This document shows, piece by piece, positions 26,459 to 38,995 of a stretch of 64,000 nt of DNA (positions are counted from its first letter, which is position 1; each line of letters opens with the position of its first letter). This DNA is from Felis catus (taxonomy: Eukaryota). Both the position numbers and the translations under genes were made by a program. A model generated the notes under the pieces. It was not told the origin of the DNA and did not search any database. It was given only the letters and a program-made list of their open reading frames with translations. The stretch is taken from positions 50,903,815-50,967,814 of the forward strand of contig NC_058368.1 in NCBI RefSeq assembly GCF_018350175.1, in the 5' to 3' direction.

Positions 26459-26618
26459 GTGGAACGCTACAAAGACTACAAAGGACCAGAGACATCACCA
26501 CAAGCATGAAAGCTACAGATAACACAATGACACTAAATCCAAATCTTTCAATATAATCAACAAACATTTCCTGAATCCTAAAATACTTAGGCACTAGAAC
26601 ACGTGGAAGATGTATCAC

Positions 26619-26648
26619 TTTTTAAACATTTTTTAAAGTTTATTTACT

Positions 26649-26686
<38 letters not shown>

Positions 26687-26840
26687 AAGTTGGGGAGGGA
26701 TAGAGAAAGATGCAGAGAGAGAATTCCAAGCAGGTTCCCAGCAGAGCCTGACTCAGGGCTCAAACTCACAAACTGTGAGATCATGACCTGAGCCAAAACC
26801 AAGAGTCAGACTCTTAACCGACTCAGCCACCCAGTTGCCC
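26619..26840 (-). mobile_element. Can-SINE
   Basis: TSD tggaagatgt(a/g)tca. Confidence 0.93.
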
Positions 26841-27399
26841 TGGAAGATGTGTCATTTACCTTAAAAAGTATATTCTCTAGTTAAGGAGACAGAACATCAA
26901 GGAAAACAATGAGCACATAATGCATAATATAATGTAAAGATTGAGGGTCAGTGTCAGAAGGATGATAAGTACAGTCACTTTATCTTTCTATCCCGTGGTT
27001 ACATTTATGAAATAAAGACATTTACATTTTTTCTGCCTTCCTACAGGGGCATATTAAGGAGCAGATCAAACCAGTGTGAAATATTCAGGCAAATTAAATT
27101 GGAATTATTTAATTTAAAAATTGATAATGAAGAATCAGTATTTTACTAACTATCCTATTTTAAATGTGTCCAGTGCTAAAATTCCATTTTGAACTTCTTC
27201 ATTCTATAAAAAGTAGGAAAATTAGGAAAATTTAAAATCATCCTAAGGGTTAACAAGGAACACTTATTTCTTCGTGTTTTCCCTCAGTGATGTCAATGCA
27301 ACATGTGTCCCAAAAGTACAGACCACTCTTTACTACTCTTAACACCAAGCTCAGGTCTGGTCTGATGTAAGAGAAGGGTCTCTTACATCACTGAGGCTG

Positions 27400-27890
27400 T
27401 CTGCATAATCTTGGGAAATTCACTTCTTCTCTTAGAAAAAGCTAACCCCATCTTCACATCCAGAGGTGTACTTTATTAATCTAAAGGGAATGTCACTTCC
27501 TTTATTAGTGATTGGTTCATTAACAAGCTTATGACTCAACTCAGACCAAAGAAAAGTGTAAAGATGCTTTCTTGGGAGCTTCTGGGAAAAGTACCCCTGC
27601 ATAGGGGAGCTGCTGGATGGAATAGCATGTCTTGTTCTGGATTTTTTTCAAGTCTGGAAACTGCTATAGCATATCACTATCTGCACATGAAGTCACCACT
27701 AAGAATTGCAGATCACAGATGGAAAGAATGTGGATCTCTGTAACATTACTGAGGTATGGACACAAGCCTCCCTAAAGGGTGGTAACCAGTTTCCTCCTTC
27801 TGGTATTATAAGAAATGAAACTTCATTAGTGTTTAAGTCAGTTTGAGTCAGAATTTCTGTTACTTTCAGATGAAAGGACTCTAAATGATG
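27400..27890 (+). mobile_element. Old MaLR LTR (MLT1J/K-like)
   Basis: gtgattggttc...atgactcaactcagaccaa...gtttaagtcagtttgagtcagaatttctgttact 3' pattern. Confidence 0.55.
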
Positions 27891-27904
27891 TCACATACTT
27901 AATC

Positions 27905-28085
27905 ACATTTATTTAGTGCTTACTGTGAACAAGACCACATGATAAACACTGCATATATTATTTCATTTTATACTCGAAACACTTTCATTTAGAGATGAGG
28001 AAATCAAGGCCCTGAAAATTAAATGACTTGTCTCAAATTACACAGAGCCAGGTCTGAAGCCCAGGCAGTGTGCCTCCAGAGCACC
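27905..28085 (-). mobile_element. MIR relic
   Basis: catttatttagtgcttactgtg...catttagagatgaggaaatcaaggc...aaatgacttgtctcaa. Confidence 0.7.
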
Positions 28086-31000
28086 CCCTAGCCCTTTTAT
28101 TTACAAAAAAAAAAAAAAAAAAAAAATGGCATGTAAGCCAATTTGACAAATTACATTTAAAAAAAAAAAAATAAATAAAAAATTAAAATAAAAACAAAAT
28201 ATTTCCTTCTAGAGTATTTTAATAATCCCCTATACAAACCAAGTAAAAAAACACTATTCTTTAAAAATGCACCTGATGAACCAAACATATAATAGAATAT
28301 TACACTCTTTTCCGATTTTTTATCCACTTCACTAGTATGACTAGCTCAAAGTTTGTTTAGAGACCCTACTTCTGTCAGACTCTCATGAGCTTCCCCAAAA
28401 GATGAGAGAAATAATACAACTAACTTTGTGCAGAAGCCAGTGGACTATATATTTTTTAATGAATAATTTGTAGTTAATATTAACCCACAATTTTAAAACA
28501 GAATTATAATAGCACATTACATCTAGAGCCCCTAACCAGAAAGCAGAAGTCTTATACTTGTTTTGTTTAAAGAACATAGAAATGGTCAAACGATATATGA
28601 CTTTTGTCCTCTTGAAGGGACTACTGATCTAACTCAAACATGTTGATGATCAAGTACTTGGTTGGGATCAGGATTGGATTCTCGGGGCTTGTATGGGAAC
28701 AGTGGAGGCTGTAAACACTCAGAGCCACAGGGACAACTAGACCAAAGACCACAGGGACAAAATGAAGTTCAAAGGTACAAGAGACAGAAGCCAAGTCTAA
28801 TCCTGTAAGACAAATCTAAGGGTAAAAGATAAGAATCAATACAAGGGCCAAAAAGCGAGATGTTCTTGAAAGTCAAAATTCAAGCTAATTAGAAGCAGCC
28901 CAACAAAACATTGGTGTACAGGAGAACTATCTCCATTACTTCCAGATAGTCATGCTCCCTTGAAGGAACCAGCAGGTGTAGGATGCTTGGGAAGATGAAA
29001 ATGCCTTCAAAGGCTAAGGCCGGGCAGACGGCCAAGGGTCTCAAAATTAAAACCAAGTCTTAAGCCCTTAAGTGTGGATAACTATAAGGGCATGAAGCAA
29101 AGTATTTGTTGCTGTGGTGAAAATCTGAAAGCAGAACTTTTCTCTTGGTGCAGCAAAGGATCTCTGGTGAGAAATAACACAATTATAAAGATAATTATAA
29201 AGGTCAATAATTCTCAAGCACATTTGAGGATATTAGAGTTCTAATAATGCTCCATCATTGAGAAAGAGTAGGGATCAAGCATCTTTTGCATAATCCTTCC
29301 ACCAAAAGACTTCAAGATTAACTGAAATTTTGGCCTGGACTGTAGGACAGCCATCTGGAAAATAATACTTCAGAAGTACTGCACGGCAAGTCGGTCCGGT
29401 CCGTCTGCAAAAATGAAATAAACTGCAGCCTGCTGGAGATGATGTTATGGATTGAGGGCCATACCAACGGGCACATTCAAACGACTGTCAATATTCAAAC
29501 TTGAATAATTTCAGTGATAGGAATAAACATTAAATATTTACCAGCCAATGCTCCACTGGATCAATGAACTCCTCTCCCTCCCTCAAGTACACACAATAAT
29601 AAATGAATAGATTTGGACTTCCATGAGCAAGAATGGTTTGACATAAAATTGGAAATCAATGATACCTCTATGGTTACGTGAATAGGTTAAGCAATAAATG
29701 CAGGCTGCTGTCATTTTTTTAGAAACTACTATACTAACGAGAGAAACACAAGGTAAAGGGAGATTTTCCTTATATTTGCTTTATTTCTTTTGAATTTTTT
29801 AAATGAATTCTTACAGAAGTCCCAGGCTCTCTGTACTTTTTAAAACAACATATTGTCCCAAACTAACAATGTCTCCTAATACTAAATCAAGTTCCTGTCA
29901 ATCTGTCCCTAAAAATATTTTCAGTTCAGATTCTCAGTTCATGTCTATGCTAAGAAAAAGCATGACAACTAAACATCTTGAGGAGAAATGGGAGATGGAG
30001 TTGCAATAAATAGTGTCATAGGAAGACAGATCTGTGTGTTTTCTTTTAATCTGTATTTTATTCTATTAAATCTCCTGCCTTATAAGTTCTGCTGAGCCAA
30101 AAAAGGTCTCAAGTCACGACTTAGCATGGAAAATTCTGGTGTTAATGTTGTCTCTCAGAAATAATGACAGCGGCTCTCAGAGCAGATTTCACTAGTCCCA
30201 TCAGTTTCTTTGAGGAAATGGTTAATAGTAAGATTGGGACTGAAATACAGCATCCGGTCAGCAGACCTAGTGAGGTTTTCCAGCTGCAAGACAATGACAC
30301 CTTCCTGGCCTTCATTCTCTTTGTCCCAAATCACGTGGCTAAGAGACAAAAGCTGATGGAAGACATGCCTGAGAAAACGCCCCGGCACACGAGCCAGAAG
30401 CTGACCATCCATGACGAGAGCATCCTAACCTGAACCCAAGAGTTGATCCCAGTCAACTCCAAGGATGAGGCAACAATGACAGATGATACTATGGGGACAC
30501 ATGGGTACAATCAGAAAATATGTCTCATCTCTGAGAAGAGAATTGGCACTAACTAAAGGGAAATATAAATTCCAATTTATTACAAGCCAGGAGCCCTACA
30601 AAGTAGAAAGCCACTTCAGGGGCCTAAAAATACTCTGTTTCTTCTGTTGCTATTTTGAATGTCGCTTTTCCCTGTATGACTACATTCAGTAGGCTTCAAA
30701 ATATTGGAAATGAACAAAAAGACTTATTAGCTCTTTTCTTTATCATAAAGCCTATTCTTTACCATTTTACATATTCTGTTTATCTATTTTCTTATGCACA
30801 AAATTTTAAAAAGCGCTCTAAAAAGTTAGATGATTTTCTTACAGAATTTATCTTTTTGTGAAAATTCCAAAGCCTATAAAGCATGCTTATAAAATGATGT
30901 GAAAACACACATAGGTCAAAAGTAGGAGTTATTTAGGTCAAAATGTCCCTATTACTAATCACTTAAATTGTCAATAGGTAGATTCATTCGGATTAGTTGT

Positions 31001-31189
31001 CCTTCTTTTTGTTAGTTTTGTTTTTTTTTTTCTTTGTTCCTCCCATCTGTGCAGATTCTGTGAGCCCTCTGGGGAAAAGGCCCAGTCACTGAATGTTTCT
31101 TGCAGCTTCTGTATCAAACCAAACTAAACATGTGAATACCAATACGCCACCCCTTATCAAAATGGTAATTTCCTTTAATAAACAGTCAA

Positions 31190-31700
31190 TATTCATTTAT
31201 TGAACCTCTAGTATGTGCTACTACTGCCCAGAGAGACGATGAGGAGACCAGTCCTCAATCTGGCAGCCAATCATGTAATCCCCAGGATTTTCCAATTGTG
31301 TACCGTTCACATGTGAAAATGTGCACTTAAAAACAATGGAGACAGAAAATGCTTCAGTTACCAAAATTCTGCTTGGTGTAAGTATTGTATATTTTTGGAG
31401 AATAAAATGCTGCAAAAGAGTCATTGGAGTGAGAGGTGAGATCCCAGAGGATGATCTCAAGTAGAAGGCTTTCGTTACAAAGCAGAGGACAATTAAATGT
31501 GGTGGCAAGTTCCTAGGTCACGTGATGGAGGAGAGGTGAGCCCGAGGTAGAAGTAGAGAGAGAGAGACGCATGGCACTGTGTAATAGAGGGCAAAGGAAC
31601 TTGAAGACCTCTGGGGAAATTCAAAAGAACAAAAGAGCATCCAGACAAGGGGGAGTAAGGAAAAAGAAAGTAACAGTCACAGAGACTTGGTAGAGGCAAG
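31190..31700 (-). mobile_element. L2 relic
   Basis: attcatttattgaacctctagtatgtgc followed by an L2-like body. Confidence 0.5.
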
Positions 31701-32029
31701 GCCAAGAAAGAATTCCAATGAACATAAATCATCTAGTGTGATACTTTTTTAAGATGCTTTGTTACATAATGTAGGATTCCCCCTCCTACTCAGTTTTGCC
31801 CCCCCACTTCTCCTCTGCCCCACCAGGTCTCCCCACTCAATGTCTTCAGTAAACAGTACCAAAAAAAAAAAATACACCTACAGAAATCCTTGGTGTTTAT
31901 TGGATTTCTTGTGAAAACCATTGAATGTACAATGTTCCAAATCTGGGTTGATGCAGCCTGCAAGAGAATCAGGATGTGGCTGAGGGAATAGTTGATACTG
32001 GGCAGGTTACATACCCAGAATCCATAAGC

Positions 32030-32348
32030 AGGGCAGATCCAGGTTTTCTTGGGCCTAAAGTAACATTGAGGGGATTAGCATTTAAGAAAAAAATTTCACA
32101 GGGGCATCTGGGAGGCTCAGTTGGGTAAGTATCTGACTTTTGATCTCAGCTCAGGCCTTGATCTCAGGGTTGTGAGTTCAAGCCCTGCATTGGACTCCAC
32201 ACTGGGCACGGAGCCTACTTAAAGAAAAAGAAAAAGAAAGAAATTCCACAAAAACGCGAAGTTAGCTACAGAGGCTTGGAAGGAGCTCATACAAATAAGG
32301 GTTAACAAAACTAAAGCTTCGTTTGCTTCAAAGTAAACCTCTCTCTGC
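32030..32348. mobile_element. MER53-like DNA transposon relic split by a SINE
   Basis: agggcagatccaggttttcttgggcctaaag ... ggcttggaagg...aagcttcgtttgcttcaaagtaaacctctctctg. Confidence 0.65.
32101..32240 (+). mobile_element. Can-SINE (short old subfamily)
   Basis: Head and A tail; TSD aaatt(t/c)caca. Confidence 0.9.
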
Positions 32349-32499
32349 CTATAAATCAAATTGTGGGGCGTTTTCCTAAAAGAAATACAATATTATTTGA
32401 GACTCTTCTTCATATAAGGCAAGAACCTTAGAACGCTGGATAGAGTAGAGAAGGGATGGAAATATATAAAAAGAAAGTTGTTTTTAAAGTCAAAGTCAT

Positions 32500-32710
32500 G
32501 GGGTGCCTGGGTGGCTCAGTCAGTTAAGTGTCTGACTTCTGCTCAGGTCATGATCTCACGGTTTGTGGGTTCGAGCCCCGCATCGGGCTCTGTGCTGAAT
32601 GCTTGCTCAGAGCCTGGAGCCTGTTTTGGATTCTGTGTCTCCTTCTCTCTCTGACCCTCCTCCACTCTCTGTCTCTCAAAAATAAATAAATGTAAAAAGT
32701 TTAAAAAAAT
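32500..32710 (+). mobile_element. Can-SINE
   Basis: TSD aaagtcaaagtca. Confidence 0.95.
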
Positions 32711-34191
32711 AAAGTCAAAGTCAGTGTTTATCATTAATTATCTAAATCATTTCTTATATGCCCATCACTGATACATTCTTCTAATTAAATGCATGTCTGA
32801 TATTGGAATCACCTCATCATGTAACTATAATCAGATAGGAGCAGTTTATGTCATTATATTTAAATACATGTTAATTCCCAGTGTCAAAGTAAGTATATAT
32901 AGAATGTTGATTGCACTGGTTTCCAGTTACTCTTATTAAGATTTGTGAATAATCTGCATGAATTATAGAACCTGTTATTATTATAATTATAGGTGTAAGA
33001 TAAACAGAAAGTTTACTGTGCTTGTTTTTTAAAATTCTCCTGGCGATAAGGAATGCGCGTCTAAGAAAGAGAAAGAGGTGTCTTCTCCGCCAGCAGGCTT
33101 TGACCACCCCGCTCTCCTAATCTGTGCCTTTCCTTCAGCTCAATGCCTTGCCTACCAGAATTTTCCACCAAGAAGCCGCATAAAAACATCAGAAGAAGAA
33201 CAGTAAAAGCACGTCAAAGATGCATACCTTTCATCAGAATGTTGTCTTTCTACCTGCATTCATGCTGACTTTGTGCTAGACAATAAGACTTCAGGGACAG
33301 CAGGAAATAAAATTCCATTTGATGGCTCTGCTTTGGCACTGAACAGGTGATGCTGGCCTAGTCTCCCTTCCTCCTTCTTGGGAACAACCTCAGCTTTCCC
33401 TTTAAAGGACCATACTCCTTCCCGTTCCTCTGGTCCCACTGGACTCTCTCAAGGGCATTGAAGGGACGGCATGTGACCAGGTCAGACCAACTGGACTCTC
33501 TTTTTTGGGAGGCTGCATCTCTCTATAACAGCATGAAAAGCAGATGGAAGCCATTGGGGCTGAGTTCTTCCAAGGGCACTGTCCGGAGAAGACACTGCAG
33601 TGAATTTGCTAATAGTCCCCTGGAGCTGTTCCAGCTCCCGCCCTCCCACAGGCTTGGTGACTCAGCAATTCCTTGGGATCTGTAAGCTCTCTAGAATCAT
33701 TCCTGCAAAGTCCTTGCAGGATGCTTCAGTCAGAAAGAGCTGGTCTCTGTTGCTAGCAACCAATGTGCCTAACACAGGAAGGGAGGTGTTCACCTCCACA
33801 AACAGGGCGGTCTATCATTAAGTTAATAGCATCTCAATTTCTGATTTTCCAGTCATGTTCATTTCTCACTGTAATGTCACTGTAATTACATTTGAAGGAA
33901 ATCTGAAAGCAGTCTGAAAAGTAAACATCCCTCCCCATCCTGAAAAATAAAAACCAATAAAAATTTAAAAACATTAGTGCCTTTCATACTTCACCAAATC
34001 TACCACACCCTGTCTAAAAATAGGAATAAGACACAATATGAGAATGGTAGGGTCTTCTATGGAAATTGCCCAAAGACAAAATGGGTTATTTTTCCCCAAA
34101 AGCTTATGAGGCTAAATGAATTTGGGGGGTTAAAAAAATGATCTTTTGTGGTCTGAGGCTGCACTGAGACTTTTCTTTAAACCCTCTTTAA

Positions 34192-34379
34192 GGGGCACGT
34201 GGGTGGCACAGTCTGTTAAGTATCTGACTCTTGGTTTGGGCTCACGTCATGATCTCACAGCTTATGAGTTGGGGCCCTACTGCTTGGGATTCTCTCTCTC
34301 CCTCTCTCTCTCTGCCCCTCCCCTGCTCATTCTCTCTCTCTTGCTCTCTCAAAAGTAAATAAATAAACTTTGAAAAAAA
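34192..34379 (+). mobile_element. Can-SINE, internally deleted
   Basis: Head, (CT)n, tail; TSD ctttaa(a/g)ccct. Confidence 0.92.
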
Positions 34380-35048
34380 TCTTTAAGCCCTTTTTAAGAC
34401 CTAATTTGCAACCTTACCTTCACTCTTGGGGGACTTTAAAAATAGTTTTAAAATGGTTAACTAATTTTTAAATTTGTCAAAAATATTTTTGGAAGATTTG
34501 TATTTGTGTGTACCTTTGGATAACTCAAAAGAGATTGATTTTGACAACTTGAAATTAGAAAGCCAGTTACCTCTAATAGCAGCCTAATTGCTTTATCTAC
34601 TTAAACAACAAGTAGATAAAGTCAATTTTCCAAGCACAGCATTTTCCTAATGTTTTCACCACCAGCCTAAGAGGTTACCAGAAGATATTCAAATATGCAC
34701 GAAGGAAGTAAGCCCTCTTTGGAATCACTCAGAAGAGATCCCCAATTACCTTCCTATATCAGATCCTGCGGGAGGTGGGCCTTTTCTCTTAAGACAGTAC
34801 TTCAAGGCAGCAGCTGCACGGGTTTCTGCTCTAATGTCTTCATGGAAGTTTTCCAGAGTTGGGCCAAGTGTATTTCTAGACTTGTACCTGAAAGCACCTA
34901 TAAAACAGCGAAGTAAATTTATGTCCCGTGTAGCAGTACGCTAAATATTCATAACTTCTAGTAGTTACACAATAACCTTCGACTTTTTCTGCCTATGTTG
35001 TGGATCATTCAAAATGAGGACAAGCTGTGTCAAGAAGCAGTCTATCTT

Positions 35049-35266
35049 GGGGCGCCTGGGTGGCTCAGTCGGTTAAGCGGCCGACTTCAGCTCAGGTCAT
35101 GATCTCGCGGTCCATAAGTTCCAGCCCTGCGTCGGGCTCTGTGCTGACAGCTCAGAGCCTGGAGCCTGTTTCAGATTCTGTGTCTCCCTCTCTCTGACCC
35201 TCCCCGTTCATGCTCTGTCTCTCTCTGTCTCAAAAATAAATAAACGTTAAAAAAAATTTTTTTTAA
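35049..35266 (+). mobile_element. Can-SINE, young
   Basis: Perfect TSD aagaagcagtctatct at 35032 and 35267. Confidence 0.97.
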
Positions 35267-35282
35267 AAGAAGCAGTCTATCT

Positions 35283-35527
35283 GGGGGTACCTGGGTGGCT
35301 CAGGGGGCTCAGCATCTGAGTCTTGATTTCGGATCAGGTCATGAACTCGCAGTTCATGAGTTTTAGCCCCGCGTCGGGCTCTGTGCTGACAGCTCAGAGC
35401 CTGGAGCCTGCTTCGGATTCTGTGTCTCCCTCTCTCTCTCTGTTCTTCCCCTGATTGCACTCTGTCTCTCTGTCTCTCTCTCAAAAAATAAATAATTTAA
35501 AAAAATTTTTTTAATTAAAAAAAAAAA
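35283..35527 (+). mobile_element. Can-SINE, older, tandem to the previous copy
   Basis: Flanks aagaagcagtctatct and aagaagtctatct. Confidence 0.95.
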
Positions 35528-37546
35528 AAGAAGTCTATCTGATCTTACCAACCATACTTCAAGCCCGGGTAAGGGAGTGGAAACTACAGTTTTGGTAACA
35601 GCTATAAATCTCTAGGTAATATTTGCTGATACTAAGATTATGGAGATAATGTGTACTTCAGTGTCAAAGAGAAATGCAAATGATGAAAGTCTTGGTAACA
35701 CCGATATTTTGGGTCCTTTCTAGAAATCAAAGTTGAAGTAGAATATTAATTGAGTTTCATTATAATAACAATGCAATTAAGGGATAGGGACTCCACCACA
35801 GAAAATGTCATTTTGTGGCTCATATAGCAGGGATGATACACATGGCCATGTTTCCACATGCCGCATCTCTGGGAAGGAATCTCATGTTGTCTCTCCTCAG
35901 TTTCCCCCAAGTTAAGGTGTTAAGGTTTTATTTTCCATGTCCCACGTTGCCCTGAGCGTCAAAGGCCCCCATTTTCGCTTTTGCACTCTGTAGGTAGGGT
36001 TGGGAGTGACATTGGAACGTGCAAGTGTTCTGGGTCGCTATGAGGAGGACATTCACACTAAGGGGTTCAGACAGAGCTGAACGAGCATCACTTTTGCCCA
36101 TCACATCAGCTCTCGATGGAGGTCCCCACTAGATATCCCCTAGAAAAACAGCTGCGATGACTCCTGGATGGGGACGGACCACGGTGACTGGGGCCGCCAC
36201 GACCTCAGCAGTGTCCACACGGCAGAAGCCCCAGAGTCTCAGGCCTTCTCTGGTCTCCTTCCTGCGGTCGCTCCAAGCCTGTGCCTCTCATTGCATGGCC
36301 CGCTGACTGCCTTGACCGTCACAGTCCGCGCATACCCCTCTGGCACAGCCTCCCGACGCTGACCTCCCTAAACTAGTCTGCCTAGGCTCTTTAGCCGTTC
36401 TCTTCCATAATTGTGTGTGTGCGCACGCACACGTGCTGTGTGTCTCACCCTGGTTCATTTCACTCCTAGCAAAATTTTGCATTCCTACGAATGACATCTT
36501 AGTGCACCCCACAAACCTGCCCTTCCCAGAAGGTGGCAACACAGCGAACGTCCAGAATCTGATTCTTCAGAGTATGCACTAGGCTATCCAAGAGCATGTA
36601 GGTGGGCCCTAAATCCTGGTGAAGTGCTCATTTTTCCACTAGGGAATCACTGTTTGTTTTCTCAGGATGCTCTTTTTTCTCCCAGTATCACTGAGCTCAC
36701 CCACTCCACCCAACCCAGATTGCTCAGCCTTAGATGTAGGCGTGGCTTCCCTTGACAGCCAGGGGGGTTTCCAAGTTTCCAGTAGACTTTGCTCAACAAG
36801 GGCCAGCAGCTGTCCTTATCTAAGCACAGAGAACAGTTTTGGGTAAAATATCAACCTGATCTCCTGTAGTCCCTCCCCTCCCCAGAGCCACTGAGTCTGT
36901 GAGGTGTGGTCACCTAGTGTGAGAGATAGTTTCTGTTCCACCTTCTGGACCTTCTCTCACTTCCCCAATGAGATCTCCCAAGCCTGCTTTAATGCCCCAA
37001 TTCCTAACTTTAAAATCTCTTCCCTTGTTATGCAGCCAGTCCCTCCCTTCCAAGTGAAGACCCTCCTAAGATATGCTCCAGGCCTCCACGCTTCTCAGCT
37101 AACATGGTACAGCATTCCTTCCTCAAAAAGACATTCAACACTTTCAGCACCTTGGGATCTGAAGTTGGGGTCTTTCCAGGCCCGGCCCTTTCTGAGATAC
37201 ACTCTCAGTCATGAGCTTATGACAGCCTCTGCTCGCAAGTCAGCAGGGATTTCTGAGAATTTACTTCTTTGCCACACACCATTATTCTCACAGGGACACA
37301 CCTCTGGTTTCAAGCTGACTTGTTCCAATTCTCACCTAGGATTATGTATTTGAGTTTGCAGAGCAGATGTGCTTCAAACAAAGACTCTTCAGAATTCCAG
37401 ACAAGATTCCCCGTGGAAGGGATATGAATTTCAACAGTCACAAAAGATGAGTGTGTCAAAGTAGAGATTTCTTTCTATCTTCATAACTAAACACATCCCA
37501 TTCACATCTGTTTTTTCCTGCTGATGATGCAAACATAATCATTCCA

Positions 37547-37763
37547 GGAGTGCCTGGGTGGCTCAGTCGGTTAAGCGCCCGACTTCGGCTCAGGTCATGA
37601 TCTCACTGCTCGTGGGTTCAAGCCCTACATTGGGCTCTGTGCTGACAGCTCAGAACCGGGAGCCTGCTTCAGACTCTGTGTCTCCCCCTCTCTCTACCCT
37701 CCCCTGCTCATGCTCTCTCTCTCTCTCTCTCAAATATAAAACATTAACAAAAATTTTAAAAAC
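37547..37763 (+). mobile_element. Can-SINE
   Basis: TSD taatcattcca. Confidence 0.95.
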
Positions 37764-38547
37764 CTAATCATTCCAAATGGATATTAAAGAATGTTAAAAT
37801 AGAATGTTTCAGTTTGAGTTGTGGCTGAAGCTTCAAAATAATAGATGCCAGCTATTCCCACATTTAACTGCCTATGGTGGGGGTAGTGGGAAAAAAGACC
37901 AGTTATGTGACCATTGGCCCCTAACCCACTAGTGAGGATACCTCTAGTCAAGTGAGAAGAACTTCAATGGGACCACTGACAAGCTTTCCATGCACAGATG
38001 GGATTAAAGAATTCAATTAAATTGTGTTCTTCTCTCACAACCTTCTTTGCATAATCATTCAGCATGGAAAGAGAAGACTTATTCTTACTACTTTAGGTGA
38101 ACAGTAGCGCAGGCCCCATAGGTTATCTGACTGTTCTCAGGTGACATCCTCCAGTCACGTCAGAACTGCCTCAAATAGACTTGCTTTAGCAATTAATATG
38201 TGTTTAAATGTAATAAACAGAAACCCAAATTTCATTCAGCATTAAAGCTTCCACCTCCCCTAGCTCAAGCCTGTAGCTAGTGGGAAGCCAGAGGTGGAAA
38301 AGAAGGGAGAAGGCAGATTCCTCCTTTTTTCCTTCTGTTGGCATCTCCACGAACATGGCCCCACATACTGGCTATAGCTTCTGACCCCTCAGGGCCTGGG
38401 GCGTGGAAAGCAAGAGTTGTTAAAGGCAGGAAAAAATACTGCTCAACCGGCACTAATCTGGAATTGGTTTCCACACAGATTGGCAGGTGTTTAAAACGGG
38501 TTCTTTCTCCCGTGGGTGTTTCTTCACCGGCTCTTTGGCAGCATGGC

Positions 38548-38995
38548 TGATGCCTGTCCTACGTCTGTTTGCTCTCAGATCCATCCTTCACCCCACCTGC
38601 TCTGTATTTCAGCAGAGCTGGCTTCTCTGGGTTTGGCTAGTTGGAGGCACTGAATGGGGAATAGAAAGTGGGAAGGGAGGATGAAACCCGAGTACTACTT
38701 TTCATCTCATTTCACCTCTGGTGGCCTCTCCAGCTCCTCAGAAGCTCAGCTCCTACTGAAGATCTCCACTCTGATTCCAGCGTCCTCCAGTGGTCCCAGT
38801 CCATGGGCTCCAGTCACACCACCTCTCACTTTGTCTTCCAGCCTAAGGATGTAGGGGCTTCCTGCTCTTGCCAATCTCTGGATTACCTCCCCATTCCCTA
38901 TCTGGTTCTCAGTTCCTCTGTCATCTGTATAAACAATTCCCTGCAGTAAATTTCCACCACTGTCTACACTTGAAGGTGCTTCTGTTTTCTTAGCC
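38548..38995 (+). mobile_element. ERVL LTR relic (LTR33/LTR41-like)
   Basis: tgtttgctctcagatccatccttcaccccacctgctctgt...tgtataaacaattccctgcagtaaattt...ctgttttct. Confidence 0.55.

Larger units (their letters stand above)
23985..26551 (+). mobile_element. Carnivore LINE-1: 5' UTR, ORF1 and first codons of ORF2; 3'-truncated
   Basis: L1-like 5' start gagaggcagagtcaacgtggtggagaagtaggg; ORF1 homology; ORF2 start ATGACACTAAATCC at 26527; 18-bp TSD tataatcaacaaacattt at 23967-23984 and 26552-26569. Confidence 0.93.

Noticed and set aside
28105..28200. Orphan poly(A) runs
   Set aside because: No TSD or element body could be identified; treated as simple low-complexity sequence
28724..28760. Direct repeat ccacagggacaa x2 (also aatgttct x3 at 58793)
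   Set aside because: Ordinary short slippage duplications; not an array and not CRISPR-like in a mammalian genome
30155..30433. 85-aa and 89-aa ORFs with an upstream plus-strand acceptor-like site
   Set aside because: No recognisable protein and no matching donor
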